Assembly (NCBI GenBank): GCA_964431075.1
Contig: CAYSID010000001.1
Span: 1-58,566, forward strand
Source of the DNA: an uncultured Gammaproteobacteria bacterium
GTDB lineage: Bacteria > Patescibacteriota > Microgenomatia > JAMCZE01
DNA: 58,566 nucleotides
Reading direction: 5' to 3'
Part shown: positions 54,008 through 58,566 of the stretch, piece after piece
How the letters are laid out: each line of letters opens with the position of its first letter
Numbering within the stretch: position 1 is the stretch's first letter
Position numbers and translations under genes: made by a program
The notes under the pieces: generated by a model
Told to the model about the DNA's origin: nothing
The model's database searches: none
What the model saw: the letters and a program-made list of their open reading frames with translations, nothing else

Positions 54008-55604
54008 ATTTTAAACACGCCTCTAAAAAGCCAATAAACAACGGGTGCGGGGTTAAAGGACGGGATTGAAGTTCAGGATGATATTGGGTGGCGATAAAAA
54101 AGGGATGATCAAAAATTTCGATGGCTTCAACTAATTTTCCATCAGGAGATGTGGCGGCAATTTTTAACCCATTTTTTTCTAATAATTTTTTATATTTATT
54201 ATTTAACTCATAGCGATGCCGATGGCGTTCTAAAACTTTTTCTTGTTTATAAATGTCAAATAATTTTGACTTTTTATTAAGGACGGCGGGCCATTGGCCA
54301 AGGCGTATTGTTCCCCCATATTGACGTTTTTCCAGATATTTTTTCTGGTTTTTCATAACATGAATCACGGGATATTTTGTCTTCGGATCAACTTCTTCGG
54401 AATTGGCGTTCTTTAAATGACAAACATTACGGGCAAATTCGATGACCGCCATCTGCATACCAAAACACAAGCCCAAATAAGGAATTTTATTTTCCCGGGC
54501 AAACTGCACCGCTTTTATTTTTCCCTCCACCCCCCGGCTCCCCCATCCTTGAGGAACGATAAGTCCATCAATATTTTTTAAATTAATTTCATTTTCGCTA
54601 TCAATCCATTCAACATCAACTTTTAAATTTAAATAAGCTCCGGCGTGTTTTAACGCCTCCAAAACCGAAACGTATGAGTCGGCAAGGTTATAATCGCCGG
54701 ATTTAAAATATTTTGCCGCCACGCCCACAGTCACCGTCTTACCCTGCCGGGAATAATTTTTGACCATCCGGCGCCATTTCGGCATCACCTGATTTTTAGT
54801 TTTTGGGACCAATCTCAGTTTATGGCAAACTTTTTCCGCCATGCCCTGATCGTCCAAAACAATCGGGACTTCGTAAACACTCGCAGAATCGGGGTCCAAA
54901 ATCAAATCGTCAATGGAGACGTTGCAAAATAAGGCGATTTTATCCGCCCGTTTTTTGTCCACCGGGCGATCTGATCGGGCCACAATCAGGTCCGGCTGGA
55001 TACCCATCGAGTTGAGAATGTGGACTGAAGTTTGTGCCGGTTTACTTTTTAACTCCCCTACCGTCTTGATAAAGGGCAAATAAGTGACATGAACGTTTAA
55101 AACGTCGGCAAAGTTTTTCAGCTTTAAAATCCTGGCCGCTTCAAAAAAAATTCCGTTTTGATATTCGCCGACGGTTCCGCCGAGTTCGATAACCACAACA
55201 TCCGCACCGATATTTTCTCCGGCTTTTTGTAAACGGGTGATTATTTCATTCGTTACATGGGGAATGGCTTCAACCGTATCACCACCGTACTCAAAAGCCC
55301 GCTCTTTACGCAGCACCTCGCCGTAAATTTGCCCGGTGGTTATATAATTTTGCCGCGGCAAATCCTCCCCCAAAAACCGTTCATAGTTGCCCATATCCTG
55401 ATCGGTTTCCATGCCATCAGCCAAAACAAAAGTTTCGCCGTGTTCCTGCGGCCGCAAGGTTCCGGCGTCCATATTTAAATACATGTCAATTTTTACCGGC
55501 GCGACTTTTAACCCAAGATTTTTAAGAAGTAAAGACAACGAGGCAGTGACAATCCCTTTCCCTAAACCGGATATAACCCCACCTGATACAAAAATATACT
55601 TCAT
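53982..55604 (-). CDS. pyrG: CTP synthase
   Basis: Start at MKYIFVSGGVISGLGKG (55604), directly after the topA stop. GATase Cys context LGLCFGMQ. Confidence 0.93.
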   Translation of the reverse strand: MKYIFVSGGVISGLGKGIVTASLSLLLKNLGLKVAPVKIDMYLNMDAGTLRPQEHGETFVLADGMETDQDMGNYERFLGEDLPRQNYITTGQIYGEVLRKERAFEYGGDTVEAIPHVTNEIITRLQKAGENIGADVVVIELGGTVGEYQNGIFFEAARILKLKNFADVLNVHVTYLPFIKTVGELKSKPAQTSVHILNSMGIQPDLIVARSDRPVDKKRADKIALFCNVSIDDLILDPDSASVYEVPIVLDDQGMAEKVCHKLRLVPKTKNQVMPKWRRMVKNYSRQGKTVTVGVAAKYFKSGDYNLADSYVSVLEALKHAGAYLNLKVDVEWIDSENEINLKNIDGLIVPQGWGSRGVEGKIKAVQFARENKIPYLGLCFGMQMAVIEFARNVCHLKNANSEEVDPKTKYPVIHVMKNQKKYLEKRQYGGTIRLGQWPAVLNKKSKLFDIYKQEKVLERHRHRYELNNKYKKLLEKNGLKIAATSPDGKLVEAIEIFDHPFFIATQYHPELQSRPLTPHPLFIGFLEACLKYENQNKKV

Positions 55605-57478
55605 TTTGGCTTTGTCCACGACGCAAAATCGCAATTGGGATAATTACTACACCCGTAAAAGGTTTTGTGGGATTTGGTTTTTTTAATAATTACTTCGCCG
55701 GTTTGGCATTTGGGACATTGCATATTAATTTTATTAACAAGTGTTTTTGTGGTTTTGCAATCCGGAAATTTGGAGCAGGCAAGAAATTTACCGAATTTTC
55801 CGATGCGAATAACCATGTCTGCGCCACATTTGGGACATTTTTCCCCGGAAACTTCGGCCGCGATTTTTACCCGTTCCGCCGTGTCCCCGACGGTTTTCAA
55901 CTGGTTTTCAAAGGGGCCGTAAAATTCGCGAATCACCGGCACCCACTCCTTTTCCCCATTGGCAATTTCGTCTAAAGAATTCTCCATTTTAGCCGTGAAT
56001 TGATAATCCAAAATGTTGGCAAAATTAGTCATCAAAAATTCATTGGCGGCCAGGCCGAGAGCCGTCGGTACAAGTTTTTTTTCTTCCTTCTCGACATACT
56101 GGCGTTCCTGAATAGTTGAGATAATCGGGGCGTAAGTTGACGGCCGGCCGATGCCGAATTCTTCCAACGCTTTTATTAAAGATGCCTCCGTGTATCTTGG
56201 CGGCGGCTCGGTAAAATGCTGTGACGGCAATAATTCTAATAATTTTAAAACCTGGTCTTTTGTCAATTCCGGCAATTCCTCGGCTTTATCCCGATCAAAC
56301 AATTTCTGCCAACCATCAAAAATCACTCGCGAGCCATTTGCTCTAAATAAATAATCATTAGATTTTATGTCAACACTCGTCTGTTCGTAAACAGCGTCGG
56401 ACATTTGGCAGGCAATAAAGCGGTTCCGGACTAATTCAAATAGTCTTTTTTGGTCCCGATCCAAATCAATTTTGGTTAAAATGGTTGGTCGGATTGCTTC
56501 GTGGGCCTCTTGGGCAACTTTAGATTTAGTTTTATAAAAATTAGCCTTTTCAGGAATGTAATTTTGTCCGTATTGTCCGGCAATAAACTGTCTTACAGCG
56601 TCTACGGCGTCTGTTGCAAGATTCGTCGAGTCCGTCCGGTGATAAGTTATTAACCCCTCCTCATATAAATTTTGGGCGATCTGCATCGTTCGTTTGGCGG
56701 TCCACCCAAACAGATTACTTGCAGCCTGCTGTAACGTGGACGTGGTAAACGGCGGATATGGATTTCGTCTAACCTCTTTTTTTGTGACTTCTTCAATCTT
56801 AAACTCTGAAACTTTTAAACTTTCAATCAGTTTGTCTGCTTCTTCTTTATCTTTAATTTCTTGTTTAATTAATTTTGCTGTGAACTGCCAACCATTAACC
56901 ATGAATTTCGCCTCAAGTTCCCAATATTCTTGCGGTTTAAAGGCTTTTACTTCCATTTCTCGTTCGACAATTAAACGCACGGCGACGCTCTGAACCCGGC
57001 CGGCCGACAATCCCCGGCGGACTTTGCGCCATAAAATTGGTGATAATTTATATCCTACCAACCGGTCTAAGATTCTTCTGGCTTGTTGAGCATCAACCAG
57101 CGCCATATTAATTTCCCCAGGGTGTTGTAACGCCTCTTTGATAGCATTTTCTGTAATTTCATGAAAAGTTATTCTTTGAAATTTAGCCTTAAATAAAGAA
57201 GAAATATGCCAGGAAATCGCCTCGCCCTCTCTATCAGGATCCGTTGCTAAAATCACCAGTTTTGCCTTCTTGGCTTCGTTTTGTAAACTTTCAACTAAGG
57301 ATAGCTTTTTATCATCAACGACATAATCAGGCGTAAAATCATGCTCGGTGTCGATCCCTATTTTGCTTTTCGGCAAATCGCGGATATGCCCCATCGAGGC
57401 CATAATTTTATAATCGCTGCCCAGAAATCTTGTCAGCGTTTTGGCTTTCGTCGGCGATTCAACAATTATTAAATTCAT
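55601..57478 (-). CDS. topA: DNA topoisomerase I
   Basis: 625 aa. Toprim LIIVESPTKAKT, catalytic Tyr region ITYHRTDS, two C-terminal C4 zinc fingers. Confidence 0.93.
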   Translation of the reverse strand: MNLIIVESPTKAKTLTRFLGSDYKIMASMGHIRDLPKSKIGIDTEHDFTPDYVVDDKKLSLVESLQNEAKKAKLVILATDPDREGEAISWHISSLFKAKFQRITFHEITENAIKEALQHPGEINMALVDAQQARRILDRLVGYKLSPILWRKVRRGLSAGRVQSVAVRLIVEREMEVKAFKPQEYWELEAKFMVNGWQFTAKLIKQEIKDKEEADKLIESLKVSEFKIEEVTKKEVRRNPYPPFTTSTLQQAASNLFGWTAKRTMQIAQNLYEEGLITYHRTDSTNLATDAVDAVRQFIAGQYGQNYIPEKANFYKTKSKVAQEAHEAIRPTILTKIDLDRDQKRLFELVRNRFIACQMSDAVYEQTSVDIKSNDYLFRANGSRVIFDGWQKLFDRDKAEELPELTKDQVLKLLELLPSQHFTEPPPRYTEASLIKALEEFGIGRPSTYAPIISTIQERQYVEKEEKKLVPTALGLAANEFLMTNFANILDYQFTAKMENSLDEIANGEKEWVPVIREFYGPFENQLKTVGDTAERVKIAAEVSGEKCPKCGADMVIRIGKFGKFLACSKFPDCKTTKTLVNKINMQCPKCQTGEVIIKKTKSHKTFYGCSNYPNCDFASWTKPK

Positions 57479-58080
57479 AAATTTATTCCCGATAGTATAC
57501 CAGCCCCGTTGTCAAGTAAATAGTCACAACCCGGCGAGCCGGGGACGGCGAAGACATCTTTGCCCTGATCCAATGCCATGCGGGCGGTAACTAAAGCCCC
57601 GGATTTAAGTTGGGCCTCAACAACAATTATTGATTCTGACAGGCCGGAAATTATTCTGTTTCTAGCAGGGAAAGCTTGTCTCGACACGAAGCGGCCGGGG
57701 GGAATTTCCGAAACAATGGCCCCGCCGGATTCGATTATTTTAAAATAAAGCTCGCGATTTTGCGGGGGATAAATAATGTCAACGCCAGCTCCCAAAACGG
57801 CAATGGTTCGCCCGCCATTATTTATTGCCGTCCAATGAGCGACGGCATCAACCCCTAAAGCCATCCCCGAAACAATCGTGTAATTTTCCTTAATCAATTC
57901 CCTGACAATTTTTTCCGTGTTACTCCTCCCCCGCTCGGTCATATTTCTAGTCCCAACCACCCCAATCGCACTAAACACCCTAAAATCCCCAAGATAATAA
58001 AGTTTTTCCGGCGGATCAAAAATATTTTTTAAACTCTCGGGATAATTTTTTTCAGTAATTTTTACAATTTTAATTTCCAC
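57475..58080 (-). CDS. dprA: DNA-processing protein DprA (Rossmann core only)
   Basis: 201 aa. VGTRNMT..G, SGMALGVDA.AH, FP.RNRIISGLS. Confidence 0.85.
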   Translation of the reverse strand: MEIKIVKITEKNYPESLKNIFDPPEKLYYLGDFRVFSAIGVVGTRNMTERGRSNTEKIVRELIKENYTIVSGMALGVDAVAHWTAINNGGRTIAVLGAGVDIIYPPQNRELYFKIIESGGAIVSEIPPGRFVSRQAFPARNRIISGLSESIIVVEAQLKSGALVTARMALDQGKDVFAVPGSPGCDYLLDNGAGILSGINL

Positions 58081-58108
58081 TCAATAAGAGTATTTCTTTT
58101 AGGAAGTA

Positions 58109-58137
58109 TTGACAAGAAGAAGAAGAAGAAGTAATAT
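58109..58137 (+). promoter_or_regulatory. Sigma-70-type promoter whose 17-nt spacer is an (AAG)n microsatellite
   Basis: TTGACA (58109..58114), spacer AGAAGAAGAAGAAGAAG, TAATAT (58132..58137). About 17 nt upstream of the ATG at 58154. Confidence 0.5.
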
Positions 58138-58153
58138 GAAGGTATAAACTCGA

Positions 58154-58447
58154 ATGGAAAAAGGATACGAAAAACGGAAAGTGCGGGATGATGTGGAACA
58201 TTACACTTCGGTCGGAAAAGAAGTTCTCGGGTGGGCTTTGAAAAACGTGGGTAGTGAACATATTGTAGTAACGAGCGGAATCCCGGAACAGGCAGTCGAT
58301 GAAGGAAATGATGCAACCCGAGAAATGGTCGAAGCTGAACAAAGAAAGTGGCTAAGAGGAGGAAAACCACGGAGTCGATGGGGAATAATAAAACCTAACT
58401 TACGACGTCCAAAAACAATTGGGGAATCTGCGGAACGTGGAAATTAA
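58154..58447 (+). CDS. Hypothetical protein (purine-rich coding sequence)
   Basis: 97-aa ORF. The long antisense ORFs over the same stretch look like compositional shadows. No family recognised. Confidence 0.45.
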   Translation: MEKGYEKRKVRDDVEHYTSVGKEVLGWALKNVGSEHIVVTSGIPEQAVDEGNDATREMVEAEQRKWLRGGKPRSRWGIIKPNLRRPKTIGESAERGN

Positions 58448-58566
58448 CTTTATATTTTTATCCATTCTTCAATAATCTCTTTCTCAATTGGGTCTGCAAC
58501 ACCTGATCCCCCGCCGGCGGCTTCACAACTTTTTAAGCAAATCTCTCACTTTCTCTGCCGCCCAAT

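Noticed and set aside
58062-58370. Two long minus-strand ORFs (102 and 90 aa) overlapping the plus-strand ORF 58154..58447. Open frames on both strands made me test for a structured RNA (RNase P RNA, tmRNA).
   Set aside because: I found no RNase P (GGAAAGUCCGGGC, ACAGAA..CGGCUUA) or tmRNA (GGGG…UCCACCA, tag ORF) signatures. The F/L/S-rich antisense frames are what a purine-rich sense strand produces. The plus-strand ORF is kept as hypothetical.

Overview
This looks like a gene-dense, moderately AT-rich bacterial chromosome segment. Many housekeeping proteins are unusually short (RF1 308 aa, EF-Ts ~150 aa, FolD 235 aa, DprA 201 aa, YchF 309 aa), which suggests a reduced-genome lineage such as Patescibacteria/CPR; that assignment is inference only. 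The window opens with the 3' end of a 23S rRNA and a 5S rRNA. It then runs through mostly minus-strand core genes: xer recombinase, ruvC, yebC, tgt, dnaB, hisS, rpmE, prfA, htrA, ctpA, rpsR-ssb-rpsF-ychF, cysS, recR-ybaB-dnaX, ybeY, rpsU, proS, rseP, frr-tsf-rpsB, folD-glyA, tmk, pepF, dut, pyrG, topA and dprA. There is one tRNA-Leu(CAA). The standard genetic code appears to be in use, and I saw no CRISPR array. Six non-core signals stand out. (1) A ~5 kb integrated element at 26.2-31.2 kb carries a large serine recombinase, an Xis-like HTH, an RHH ORF, unknown small ORFs and a possible TerS-like ORF. It abuts ychF and lies next to decayed genes. (2) A Y1/HUH (IS200/RayT-like) transposase cassette with REP-like hairpins is bracketed by two copies of the dnaB 3' end. 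The copies share an 80-bp identical core whose flanks differ mostly at synonymous positions. (3) Several short repeat families sit in frame inside housekeeping genes: a GTTCATTGTAGAA family in prfA, a 16-bp GC palindrome encoding PAGRQG in proS and a NUDIX gene, and 7-bp tandem repeats in rluA and ctpA. (4) There are two AbrB-PIN toxin-antitoxin pairs, one with a clear promoter and operator. (5) Decay or fusion products include a NUDIX pseudogene, a split SNase gene and an Lgt-like::DksA/TraR fusion ORF. (6) A 650-bp repeat-rich intergenic region contains a consensus DnaA box and nested helices. All functional calls come from reading motifs by eye; no database search was run.
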